From: a virus
DNA length: 64,000 bases
IMG/VR virus record: IMGVR_UViG_3300044681_000098
Span: 1 to 64,000 of that record
Strand: one strand, 5' to 3'
Within the stretch, counting starts at the first letter, position 1. Each line of letters opens with the position of its first letter. This document shows positions 53,001-63,000 of the stretch, one piece after another. Below the pieces are notes generated by a model, which ran no database searches, was not told the DNA's origin, and saw only the letters and a list, made by a program, of their open reading frames with translations. The position numbers were made by a program, and so were the translations under genes.

Positions 53001-56000
53001 TTGGTAACCTAGAGAAGCGTATTCAGAACTTAGAATACTATGTTTCTCTAACACTACTAGAGCAAGAAACTGCGTCATTGCAAATTAAGGACGCACAAAC
53101 AGGTCTAGACAGATTCAAGAACGGATTCATTGTTGACCAGTTCACAGGACATGGCGTAGGTGATGTTCAGAATATTGATTATAGAATCGCTGTTGATTCT
53201 GAGCGTAATGAACTACGCCCAATGCACTTTACTGATGCGTTAGATATCGTTGAAGATGTAAACTCATCAGATGAACGTCTTGCCACAAATTACAAAAAGT
53301 CTGGTGATATTATTACCCTACCATATACAGAAAACCTGTATATGTTTAACCCTAACGGCACTAGAACTATTGACGTTAACCCATACAAGATTGGTGCGTT
53401 CAAAGGTGAGATTGTTCTAAACCCAGAAGGCGATAACTGGAAAGACACAGATCGTCGTCCAGACTTACAAGTTACAGATGACAACAACTTTGATGCTATT
53501 AAATTCTTAGCTGATGAGTTGGGTGTCACAGGAACTGTTTGGAACGAATGGCAAACAACTTGGACTGGTTCTTCAACAACTACTAGAACTTGGCAAACTG
53601 GTGACCCAACTCGTCGTCGTCAGATTGTTACTGGTTACCAGCAAACCACTAGAGTTGATACTGGTGTACAATCTAGAACTGGTATTAGAACTTCGGTTCA
53701 GTCTTCAGTGAACACAGAAGATTATGGTGATAGAGTTGTTGACGTTTCTTTTGCTCCATATATGAGAGCAAGACCAGTCACCTTTGTCGCAAAGAACTTG
53801 AAAGCTAATACAAGATACTACTCTTTCTTCGACAAGCAAGCAGTTTCATCTTACGTAACACCAGCTGACGTATTTAAGGTTACTCGTGCTGCTGGAACTA
53901 CGTTCATGACATTTGACCCTGCTGAACTTTCTGACAGAGTTATTGTTGGCGATACGGAAAGAACCGTAGAAGGTGCTGCAGAACCAGCGTTCCAAATCGG
54001 TGAAGTGTTGAGACAGGGTGTTCATACTCCTTGCACAATTCAATCCATCGCAAATATTACTGCTGATGCTGGCGCAGGTAACTTCACTGTTACTGTTGAC
54101 ACTGTAGCGAACTTGGCTGTTGGTCACCAAGTTAGACTGTACAACATGGCTCCAGTTAGAGTCGTTCCTGCTGTTAGAACCAGAAGACCAAATGGTAGTT
54201 ACCAGACACAAGCTAGTATGACTGTTCCTCTTGGATCAACATCTAGACAGTTGAACAACAGAAGATTCGTAATCACAGCAATCAATGGAACTACTTTAAC
54301 ATTAGCTAATATCAATGGTGGTGTTATTGGTAAGTTTGACGCATACTCAAGAACTGGAGCATATGCTGGATCTGATGGCGCTAAACTTGTTAGGGTTCGT
54401 GCTTCTGCTGTTGTTGCGTTTGCTGGCGTAGTAGACGATGAGGATTCAAACGGTCCAGTTGTTCAAGACGTCCATGTAGTTAACATAAAAGGTGGATTCG
54501 CAATTGGAGAAACCTTAGTTGGTAAGATTGTATTTAATAATGCTGCTAGAAATACAGTAACGCTAACTGCCATTAATGGAAACTCTACAGTTGGCACATT
54601 ACCAGTTTACAAACAAATCGGCGATGCCGTAAGATCTGATACATGGGGTTCTTGTGTTGGTGTGTTCAACATCCCTAACGACGACACTCTGAGATTCAGA
54701 ACTGGTGAACGTGAGTTCAAACTGACAGACAACATCTCCAATAGTGATGCTGATTTTGACTCTAAGGGAACTGTGCTGTATTATTCACAAGGTGTTACAC
54801 TTTCTAAAGAAAGAACAATTGTCAATAGCAGACAGGCGAACTTCGTTCAAGACAGATTGTATGAATCAATTCCAGTAAGACGTGTTTCTACCTCTACTAG
54901 ACAGTTGTATTCTTACTATACAGGTCACGACCCAGTCGCTCAGACATTTACTGTCCAATCTGAAGGTGGTGTCTTTATTACTGGCGTCGATCTATATTTC
55001 TCTGAAGCTGGAAACAGACCAACTACTGTTGAATTTAGAAACACAAACAATGGTGTTCCTTCTTCTAAGATTATGCCATTCACAACTGTGACTAAGACTC
55101 CACAGCAGATCAATGTGTCTGATGATGGCTCTGTTGCAACAAGATTCACTTTCGCTTCGCCAGTGTATCTACTAGACAACGAAACTTATGCGTTGGTTGT
55201 TAAGACTGACGAACCTGGAGCGCAGGTTTGGGTTTCCGAAGTCGGTCAAACAGATATCTTGACAGGCAACATTGTTACTTCCCAGCCACTAACTGGTTCG
55301 TTGTATCTATCACAGAACAGTAAAGAATTTGAGATTAATCCACTTCTAGACATGAAGTTTAGAATGTATGCAGCTGAGTTTGATACTACTCAAATTGCAA
55401 CAGTTAACTTGAAGGCTGAACACGCTAGAAACATCAACTTGCCAGCTAACCCATTCCAGATTAGTCAAGGAACTGACATCGTTAGGGTTCGTGCACCAAG
55501 ACACGGTTTCCAAGCAGGTGATTATGCTTACATCTCAGGTGTAGAGGAATTCCTTGATCCAGATACGCAAGAGTTGAAGCGTTATGGTACTGCAAGTAGC
55601 GAATATGGTATTCCTGCTTCATTATTAACTGGTCCAGTTCAAGTTATTGCTGAGGGTTTGGACATCGATTACTTCTGTTTTGTTCTTGACACCACTGATG
55701 ACTTTATTGATCCAGATACTGGATTGAGCAGACCAATTCGACTGATAAGCAACGCTGCTGGAACAGAAAACGAATACAATTCGTTAACAAGCAGCTATAC
55801 CGTAACTGTTCAACAGATTCTTGATGAGTTCGTTAACGGTAACTACGGTGGCACTGGTGTTATTTGCTCTAGACAGTTGTTACTCGATACTCTATTCTTG
55901 AAGAGCGATAGCGTTGTTCCAACAGGAACACGTTTGGAGTGGTCTGTTCAGGCAACTAACGAAGATAACTCTACTACTGGTTACAAGAACATTTCTGAGA

Positions 56001-57757
56001 ATACAAACTTCTCGTTCGGCACCAGAAAAGTTATTCGCTCATATGAAAACGAAGCGATCATTTCCGCAGCATCTGGAGTTGTGAGACCATCGTTGTCAAT
56101 CAGAGCTAAATTGTATTCTGATAACAAGAATGTATCTCCAGTTCTTGATTTGGCTAAGTTGTCTTCTTATGTTGTTCGCAACCTTGTTGACAATCCTACT
56201 GAAGAACTTGTCAACATTAATGGCGTTGATGACACAACATTGCTGGCAGAAGGTTCTGTAACAGCAGCAGATATCGGAACACAAAACGGAACAGGAACTG
56301 TTGTCTCTTATTACCTAACCAACGTGTTCGGTACTGATGTGACATTGAGTGAGTTCACTTCATCAGGAAGCGATTGGTCGATCACAAACTCCGATCCAAG
56401 TGCATATAACTGGTTGGGTACTGGTACTTCTCAAACATCAACACCATGGAAATACTTGTCTGTTGGTGATGAGTTGTACTCAACTTCTGCTACTGAGGCT
56501 CTTGAGTCTGCAGAGAAATATGGTAGAGTTAAGTCTATTAATGCTTCGACTCTAGTGTTGGAAAATTCCAACAAGCAAGTCACTGCAGGAAACTTCCCTC
56601 AATTCAAGGTTCTATCTAAAGTTATCCGTGGCGTTGGAACTGACTTCTCTAGAGAGATTCCAGCAGGAAGTGCTGTCAACGGAGCGAATGGAACTTTTGT
56701 AGGTATCGTGAACAGCGTTCAGTCTGCGACAAAAGCTACTCTATTAAGTTTCGCAGAATATGCAAACATTGATGGTTCAGGTGTTGGTCTATCGTTCCAA
56801 ACTGAAACTAAGGAAGGTAAGTTGACATTTGGTAATACTGAAGATGGTGTTTATGGTTTAATTTCTACCAATATCGATACAGCAGACAACTTACTTGCAT
56901 TAGCTAAAGCAGGTAAATATCTGTTGCTTGAAGGATTTAACGCTGTATTGAATGGTAAGTATCTGGTGCATAATGTTGATGTTAGCAGCGATATCAGCGT
57001 ATATGTTGGTAATGCTGATGATGATAAAGTTGTTATCAAAGTAACCCCTGCGTTCAGTATTGCCTCTGGTAAAACTTGGACTCTAGATTTGGTAAATGAC
57101 TATATCTACTTCCAAGGAGAGGGTTTTGTTACTGATGCAGCTGGAACAGGCAAGACTGTTACATTCTCTGGTGCATCCTTAGCGACCCAAGCAGCTGCTG
57201 GCGATATTATCACTCTAAAATCTAGCGGAGTAGGTTCGTTTGAAGGCGATGATTCTCAGATTGGAGTTGTTGATGTTATCAATACTGCAAACACTCTAAC
57301 TCTTGTAGACAATGCCGAGGAAGCGATTGCAACTCCGACTGTTTACTATATCAGAAAGAATGCAGCAAATTACAGAATCGCTCAACTTGATAAATTCGTT
57401 GAAGACTGGGCACCAGTAGGCGCAACCAACTACGCCAACTATGTAACAAGACCGTTGGTTCTTTCGTCACCTGCTGACTCATTGAAGATCTTGTTTGACG
57501 CAAGCGTTCCAGTCGGAACAGTTATCAAGATTTACTATAAGACTTGGGATGGTGCAGACGATCCTGCTACTCTAAACTATGTTGATAGCGGATTCGCTAC
57601 AAGCACTTCTGACCCAGAAGATACGTTTAGCGAGCGTTCTTTAGATATCACTGATATTGCTCCATTTAAGAATGCTGTTGTTAAGATTGTTATGAAGGCA
57701 GATAACCCAGCTATCGTTCCTAAAGTTAAGAATCTAAGGATTGTTACTCACTCATGA
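50030..57757 (+). CDS. VrlC-like (DUF4815) large virion structural protein
   Basis: FNVAPYYDD, VLFRPG...QARELTQLQ, APGAHR, LARRTFDESGNY, RFKNGFIVD, DPVAQTF. Confidence 0.85.
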   Translation: MAINFNVAPYYDDYADEDGYLRVLFRPGYAIQARELTQLQTILQKQVSRFGDHVFKNGSMVVPGGVNVDNLVHFAKLDTLFDNQSVSSYIDSFRNKIITGVESGVKALVIDTSNCECMVPEDGDTPTLYFKIEQTGGDGETKRFIPGESIVAYEDDNSTTTNYRLTEDQVGDIYVNVRSFGDGGVPATSYTKNPVSDVLGYSYAVEVEQGVYYIDGFFVQNEELHLYVGRFQQNPTCRVGFKVEEQIITPEEEPALSDNAQGTTNYAAPGAHRYKINLSLVRLPLDSTDDIKFIELVRIVDGRIQSKLEKSSYAELEKTLARRTFDESGNYEVNKFKLTTREHLNYDGGGVYPPVPTDSALIDGQTYGDIDKFVVAVSPGKAYVQGFEIESTATQFIPIDKARENSVTGDEGGHIIREDDYPIQTPIGNYVIVDNVFNFPESTFPTVNLYSVSRKPPNGTTITDGVAPDSTTKVGTARVKSFQLHSGTYNGDASQFKLALFDVQMSTNNTTGLKYVFSDTVKSVALDSNDSNIFTADIVTTELGIIGSADVSNASDSVTGIGTLFQDQVSVGDVLYIDGNKVGVVASIESNVALTLENAADDTYSGIVGVARAIIEDQRYESLIFKSEFKPLKTLRGVDANGNDTVDSSVLTVRRQITNTSDSQGGLWSYQLTSSFEAFQSTQDLSNYTLFYTHPLTGSRRFVEITSSQLSLSTNNREITITNPNIIASQEYTLLASVEQRKATAKERIKTLNTDEQYTITSKKSVTEKTILLPHADVLRIKDIRVNPGNFDSYVELNSVSVLNKYSFDNGQRSTHYQKASISLLPNVSPPSGAIKVIYDYFSYSGNGNYFSVDSYTATIDDDTNDFTYSDIPSFSVRGSDGVTETLYLHDVIDFRPVVEGLNTFTPDIPKVGSSFSTSIAYYLPRFDKISLDSIGRFVVTKGIPDLDPKEPKDPTEGMVMATIYVPAYTKNVSDIRVFQRDNKRYTMKEIGNLEKRIQNLEYYVSLTLLEQETASLQIKDAQTGLDRFKNGFIVDQFTGHGVGDVQNIDYRIAVDSERNELRPMHFTDALDIVEDVNSSDERLATNYKKSGDIITLPYTENLYMFNPNGTRTIDVNPYKIGAFKGEIVLNPEGDNWKDTDRRPDLQVTDDNNFDAIKFLADELGVTGTVWNEWQTTWTGSSTTTRTWQTGDPTRRRQIVTGYQQTTRVDTGVQSRTGIRTSVQSSVNTEDYGDRVVDVSFAPYMRARPVTFVAKNLKANTRYYSFFDKQAVSSYVTPADVFKVTRAAGTTFMTFDPAELSDRVIVGDTERTVEGAAEPAFQIGEVLRQGVHTPCTIQSIANITADAGAGNFTVTVDTVANLAVGHQVRLYNMAPVRVVPAVRTRRPNGSYQTQASMTVPLGSTSRQLNNRRFVITAINGTTLTLANINGGVIGKFDAYSRTGAYAGSDGAKLVRVRASAVVAFAGVVDDEDSNGPVVQDVHVVNIKGGFAIGETLVGKIVFNNAARNTVTLTAINGNSTVGTLPVYKQIGDAVRSDTWGSCVGVFNIPNDDTLRFRTGEREFKLTDNISNSDADFDSKGTVLYYSQGVTLSKERTIVNSRQANFVQDRLYESIPVRRVSTSTRQLYSYYTGHDPVAQTFTVQSEGGVFITGVDLYFSEAGNRPTTVEFRNTNNGVPSSKIMPFTTVTKTPQQINVSDDGSVATRFTFASPVYLLDNETYALVVKTDEPGAQVWVSEVGQTDILTGNIVTSQPLTGSLYLSQNSKEFEINPLLDMKFRMYAAEFDTTQIATVNLKAEHARNINLPANPFQISQGTDIVRVRAPRHGFQAGDYAYISGVEEFLDPDTQELKRYGTASSEYGIPASLLTGPVQVIAEGLDIDYFCFVLDTTDDFIDPDTGLSRPIRLISNAAGTENEYNSLTSSYTVTVQQILDEFVNGNYGGTGVICSRQLLLDTLFLKSDSVVPTGTRLEWSVQATNEDNSTTGYKNISENTNFSFGTRKVIRSYENEAIISAASGVVRPSLSIRAKLYSDNKNVSPVLDLAKLSSYVVRNLVDNPTEELVNINGVDDTTLLAEGSVTAADIGTQNGTGTVVSYYLTNVFGTDVTLSEFTSSGSDWSITNSDPSAYNWLGTGTSQTSTPWKYLSVGDELYSTSATEALESAEKYGRVKSINASTLVLENSNKQVTAGNFPQFKVLSKVIRGVGTDFSREIPAGSAVNGANGTFVGIVNSVQSATKATLLSFAEYANIDGSGVGLSFQTETKEGKLTFGNTEDGVYGLISTNIDTADNLLALAKAGKYLLLEGFNAVLNGKYLVHNVDVSSDISVYVGNADDDKVVIKVTPAFSIASGKTWTLDLVNDYIYFQGEGFVTDAAGTGKTVTFSGASLATQAAAGDIITLKSSGVGSFEGDDSQIGVVDVINTANTLTLVDNAEEAIATPTVYYIRKNAANYRIAQLDKFVEDWAPVGATNYANYVTRPLVLSSPADSLKILFDASVPVGTVIKIYYKTWDGADDPATLNYVDSGFATSTSDPEDTFSERSLDITDIAPFKNAVVKIVMKADNPAIVPKVKNLRIVTHS

Positions 57758-58014
57758 TCGATTCTCCAAACTTTGTTAAGGTTCAGAACAGCCCAGGACT
57801 TGTTAAAGACAAAAGAACTGGTGCTGTTCTGAATGTAGATGTTGACAAGTATCGTCAGCACAAGCAGCTTCAAGCAATCACTAAAAAGAATCTTTCAGAG
57901 AAGAGTCAAATGAGTTCGCAAATTAACTCTTTGAATTCAGAGATAAATAATATAAAGAACGACATCAACGAGATTAAAGACTTGTTGCAGATTCTAATTA
58001 AAGATAGGAATTAA
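57754..58014 (+). CDS. Small coiled-coil virion-associated protein
   Basis: LVKDKRTGAVLN...IKNDINEIKDLL. Confidence 0.75.
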   Translation: MIDSPNFVKVQNSPGLVKDKRTGAVLNVDVDKYRQHKQLQAITKKNLSEKSQMSSQINSLNSEINNIKNDINEIKDLLQILIKDRN

Positions 58015-58015
58015 T

Positions 58016-58234
58016 ATGGCTCTCCCATATCAAGAAACACCAATTAACACGGTTCCAAAAACTGACGACTTTGATCAGTGGCGTGTGAAAACAAATCAAG
58101 CTATTGAACGAACAAACAACCAAGAAGTCAAGATTGGTGACCTAAATACATTGTTGGATCCACAAGATAACTTAGTTAACGCAGTTAACAGTGGTCGCCA
58201 ATTTTCAATAGCAATCACTCTTGCTCTAGGATAA
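58016..58234 (+). CDS. Small fibre/adaptor protein
   Basis: DDFDQWRVKTN...IGDLNTL...AITLALG. Confidence 0.7.
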   Translation: MALPYQETPINTVPKTDDFDQWRVKTNQAIERTNNQEVKIGDLNTLLDPQDNLVNAVNSGRQFSIAITLALG

Positions 58235-58240
58235 TAAAAC

Positions 58241-58561
58241 ATGGCAAACGTATTCAAAAATTCACTTAAAAAAGATGTGGGAACATCTGCTGTAGAAGTA
58301 TACACAGTTCCGACAGGTCAAAAATCAATCATCATTGAACTTGATGTATGTAACACTGCTATCGGAGCAACACAGTGTGATGTTTTTATCACTAAGAGTG
58401 CAGTTGATTACTACGTAGTTAAAAATGCACCAGTTCCAGTCGGTGGTTCTTTGCAAGTTATCGCAGGGCAAAAGATTGTATTGGAAGCAGGTGACTCAAT
58501 TTATGTTAAATCAGCTGCTGGAACATTAGACGTAATCGCTTCTATTCTTGAGGACGTATAA
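58241..58561 (+). CDS. Small virion structural protein
   Basis: MANVFKN...YTVP...KIVLEAGD...ASILE. Confidence 0.75.
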   Translation: MANVFKNSLKKDVGTSAVEVYTVPTGQKSIIIELDVCNTAIGATQCDVFITKSAVDYYVVKNAPVPVGGSLQVIAGQKIVLEAGDSIYVKSAAGTLDVIASILEDV

Positions 58562-59754
58562 TGGCATATCTTGGTAACTCTTTCCCAGACGTTTCTTCTG
58601 GTACTAGAACTAGAGAGGACTTCATCGGTGATGGAGTCCAAACCACATTTTTACTTCAGCAACCTGTTCCTGGTGCTTTTGAGGGTAACATTTCAGTCAT
58701 TGTTGATAACGTAAACCAACAACCTGAAGACGCATATAACATCGTAACAGTAAAAAAGTTAAACTTCAACAATCAGGTTCTTGAGTTCCAAAGAAACAAA
58801 GTAGTAACTCAATCAAGTAGTGGTGCAACAGGCATCATTATCGAATATCAGCAGAACACAGGATATCTTTATGTTTTACAGACATCTTCTGCAGACTTCG
58901 TTTCTACTGGTAGCACACAAATAGTTCAACAGAATGATAACTCAACAACGTCTACTGCTTTTGTGACAAGTATCGAGACACTGTATGGTAGAGGGTTATC
59001 CTTTACTGGTATTCCAGATGTTGGTCAGGTTATTTACGCTACGCATCTTGGTGGGTTGTCATACCAGAGTGCACCAGCTGCTGGCTCGGTAACTGCTGAG
59101 ACATTAGCAGACAACCTTAGAGATTTTAGTACAGTTAAGTATACAGCAATTGCTGCCGATGACACATTTGATTTGAATAGACAAGAACAATTTGTCAATT
59201 CATTATTGGTAACAGTTGATGGGCAGATTAAAAGTCCAGGAGATGATTATAGTATTTCGAACAGTGGAAATTCTATAACCTTCACTACCCCAATGAGCGG
59301 TGGGGAAGCTATTGTTATTAGACATTTGTCATTCTCAACAGTATCTAGAACTGCTGTCGAAGAATATGGGTCATGGACTCCTAACTTTACTATTGGTGGC
59401 GGAACAAGCAACTTAAACTTTCTATCGAAAATTGGAGTCTATAATAAAATAGGAAGGATGGTAAGCATTAACGTATCAATGCGTTTGATTCAAGCTGGTG
59501 ACTCAACAGGTGTGTTGACAATTTCTGGACTTCCATATATTTCTTATGGTGTTACTGATCATGTGTTCCCAATTTTCATCGATGAATGTGATTCCCTAGA
59601 TGGCGTCCCTATGGCTAAACTTCAACCACAAACATCAACAATTCAACTTGGGTATATCAACCAAGCTACTGGAAGATGGGTAGCATTTGACCACCAAGTA
59701 TTGACTAACTCCTCACAAATTATTCTATCATTCTCTTACATGAGTGCTAAATAA
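58561..59754 (+). CDS. Tail fibre-associated structural protein
   Basis: MAYLGN, FIGDGVQTTF, VDNVNQQP, YGSWTP...YNKIGRMV fibre-tip pattern. Confidence 0.7.
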   Translation: MAYLGNSFPDVSSGTRTREDFIGDGVQTTFLLQQPVPGAFEGNISVIVDNVNQQPEDAYNIVTVKKLNFNNQVLEFQRNKVVTQSSSGATGIIIEYQQNTGYLYVLQTSSADFVSTGSTQIVQQNDNSTTSTAFVTSIETLYGRGLSFTGIPDVGQVIYATHLGGLSYQSAPAAGSVTAETLADNLRDFSTVKYTAIAADDTFDLNRQEQFVNSLLVTVDGQIKSPGDDYSISNSGNSITFTTPMSGGEAIVIRHLSFSTVSRTAVEEYGSWTPNFTIGGGTSNLNFLSKIGVYNKIGRMVSINVSMRLIQAGDSTGVLTISGLPYISYGVTDHVFPIFIDECDSLDGVPMAKLQPQTSTIQLGYINQATGRWVAFDHQVLTNSSQIILSFSYMSAK

Positions 59755-59775
59755 TAGAAGGAAACAGGAGACAAA

Positions 59776-60003
59776 ATGGCGTTAAGTAAAATCAAGTCTG
59801 GTTCACTACAACCAGACATCAAACTCCAAGGCGACATCGTTGACTTGCCAGGTGGCTTAAGTGAAGAAAGAACTGGTGCTCCTGAACCTGGAAACCTAAG
59901 GTTTAACGATACGTTAAGAAAAATGGAAATATATAATGGTTCTACTTGGGACGTTTACAACACCCAAGCATTACAAATTGCTTTATCAGTTGCACTTGCA
60001 TAA
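59776..60003 (+). CDS. Small fibre/adaptor protein
   Basis: LPGG...ER...GNLRFN...EIYNGSTW; ends ALSVALA. Confidence 0.7.
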   Translation: MALSKIKSGSLQPDIKLQGDIVDLPGGLSEERTGAPEPGNLRFNDTLRKMEIYNGSTWDVYNTQALQIALSVALA

Positions 60004-60029
60004 CAAAATATTGGAATCAGAGGAAATAA

Positions 60030-63000
60030 ATGGCTAAGAAACTCCTAGCAACAGGTTACAGAATTGATAGAAATAACAACTCAATCTTTCTTGAGGGTAA
60101 CGTCCTTCACCAAAGATTGTTGCTTATTACAGATGTAACATTAAATAGAATCCTTTATAACTTCGCTGACGAAGGTTCTGGTCTTATTTCCATCAACTAT
60201 GATGGAGATACACAAGAAACAGAACTGATTCTACGTCAGTCTCTTTCTAATCTGAATGTTTTAGACACAGACACTCTTCAAGTTTTGATTGAAGAGGAAT
60301 CGACTTCATTCAGACCAGAAGATCCTTTCCTAGATCCTGTTAGCAAGATTCGTGTTAGCCAACCAGAAAACCTTATTGACACTGACTTTGAATATGGTCT
60401 TCAGTCAACTAAGTGGGAAACACTAAAGTTAGTTAATAACATCCCATCGTTCTATTCAAAGAATGGTGTTTCTTCTGTAACTGTAACCTCTGTGCAGTCA
60501 ACTGTTCAGGATAACAAAGTAATCGTTACTGCGCCAAACCATGGGTTAGCAGTCGGTTCACCTTTTGAGATCACTGGACTATCGAACTCTCAGTTTGAGG
60601 GTGGCTATATTGTAACTACTATCATTAGTCCAGACCAATTCTCTTACCAATTACCATTTAAGTCATTAGTTACGCAAGAACTAGCAACTGTTTACACTAA
60701 CATTCTACCTGGAGCTTTCTATTTCGGCTCTCAGATCACAGTTGTTGATATCACAACTAATGGTTTACCAGAATCACACTTAACTGTTCAGACACGTTAC
60801 CCACACGGTTTCTCTATCAACACTCCATTCTACTTCTTGAATACTGTTGCGGTTTTCCGTCAAGACATTCCAGTTACCCAGTTCGTTATTGACGACACAG
60901 TGACTAACGATGTGTCAACTACAACAGAATCTGTTGGTGAATCTGTTAACGACTACAGAATCTCTTCAGTAACACCTTATAACTTTATCGGTAGAAATAC
61001 ACGTTATATCGATTCTACTAATGCAATTATTAGCACTTATGTTCCTATCTCTTCGGTAAGAGTCACAAGTGGTGGTGCTGGTTATCAGCAAGATCCAGTT
61101 GTTCTACCTAAAGGTGTTAATACTGGAACTATCAGCCAAACATCATATGAAATTGCTTGGAACGCAAGCACTGGTGTTGCTCTAGCTACTGATATCATCA
61201 CTACTGCTGCAAACAATTTCCAAACTGGCGACAGAATTGAGTATTTTGGTCCAGCAACAGCTAACACTGCAACTTCTTCAGGTGTTATTTCGGGAAATAG
61301 CTTAGTCGATAATCTGACTGGCACGGACAACTATACTGGTGTTACAGACACTAATGGTAGAGGTTTCGTTGCTACTATGATTACAACGTCAGCTACCTTT
61401 AATGGTGCTGCGCTTGGTGCAACAACAGCAACAATGTCTATCCCAGAGATTAATGTGGATAGCAACTTGTCTCTACCACAGATTGGTATGGCAATTCAAC
61501 TAAGAGTTGGCGCTGCATATATTCTTCCTAATGGCACTAAGATCTCTAACGTATCGTTGAGCGCAGGAACATACACTCTATCTCTAGAGTTCCCTGCTCC
61601 TCTTTCTGCTGCTATTAACGCCACATTGCCTGGAGCAGCATTTGCTACTGGCATCGATCCTATCGATAATACATTCTACGCTAAGTCTCACGGATTTGAG
61701 ACAGGCGACTACATCAATTATGTCTATACTGCCGCAACTGGTGGTACTGGTAACTTCCCAGCTTCATCTGTTGGTCCAACAGGATTGACATCTGGTACAC
61801 GTTACAACTTAATTAAACTTGATGATGATCGTTTCAGACTTGCTACTTCTAGAGAAAATGCCCACAGAGGAATTCCTGTTGACATCACAGACATTGGCTT
61901 CCCAACACAAACTGCTGGGCAGAACGTAGTACCTGGAATTAAGTTTTACGGACAAAACAAGAGCATTTACTACAGAAGAATCAGCGCAACAACAGGTACT
62001 TTGCACCCAACACAAGCTGATGCTCTTTCAAACACAAACATCCTGAACTTCACTGCTGCTGGTACAAACGTGGCACACAACTTCAGTGCAGCTAGAGCTG
62101 TATTGACTGCAGTAAGAACAGGAAACCAATTAACTGGCGTTACCGTTGATGATGGTGGTAATACCTATGAAAAGAATAGTGCTATTACTGTTCTTGCTAA
62201 ACAAACAGTTAGATCTATCCAATCAACAAACAATGGTGGTGGTTACGCTTCTGGAACAACTAACGTACTTAGATTCAAGACTCAGGAATGGGATTCTCCA
62301 ATCTATGTTGGTATGAGAGTCACAGGAACAGGTATTCCTGCTAACTACTCAGTTCAATCTATTAGCGATGACCCAGTTAACCCAGGATATCAGTCTATCT
62401 CGATCAACGGTAACATTAATGCAAACATTGCCGTTGGTAATGTATTGACATTTGAAGATCCAGCTGGAACAGCTGCTGTTGCAGTTCCTAATGTTAGAAC
62501 TCAATGTGTATACTATCCAAACCACAATTACGTAATTGGAGATGTTGTTTACTTCGCAGCACCACCAAATCCAGTTGGCGTAACAGGAACACAATTCTAT
62601 GGTGGGGTTGCTGAGTCTAGAGCATACTATGTATACCCAATCGATTCCGATTACTTCGCTCTAGTGACATCATTCCCATCTACTGGTTATACCGTAACGA
62701 CATCAAACTCTAGAGTTGCTATCACAACTACTGGAACAGTATACCTAGACAGAAAGTTCATGATGACTACGGCAGCTAGGGTAACTAGCGTTGGATCAAA
62801 CATTATTAACTGGTCTAGCCCAACTCCAATTAGTTTGGTGAACGGTGATGCTATTGTTATCTCTTCTGGATCAGGTGGAACTGATACTATTGCAAGTTTA
62901 CCAGCAAACTCAGTATCAGCTGCCGTAGGCGCAACCTATGATAATGGTTTACATAGAGTATTTTATATTGTCAACTCAAACCAAAATGGCTTGGCACAAT

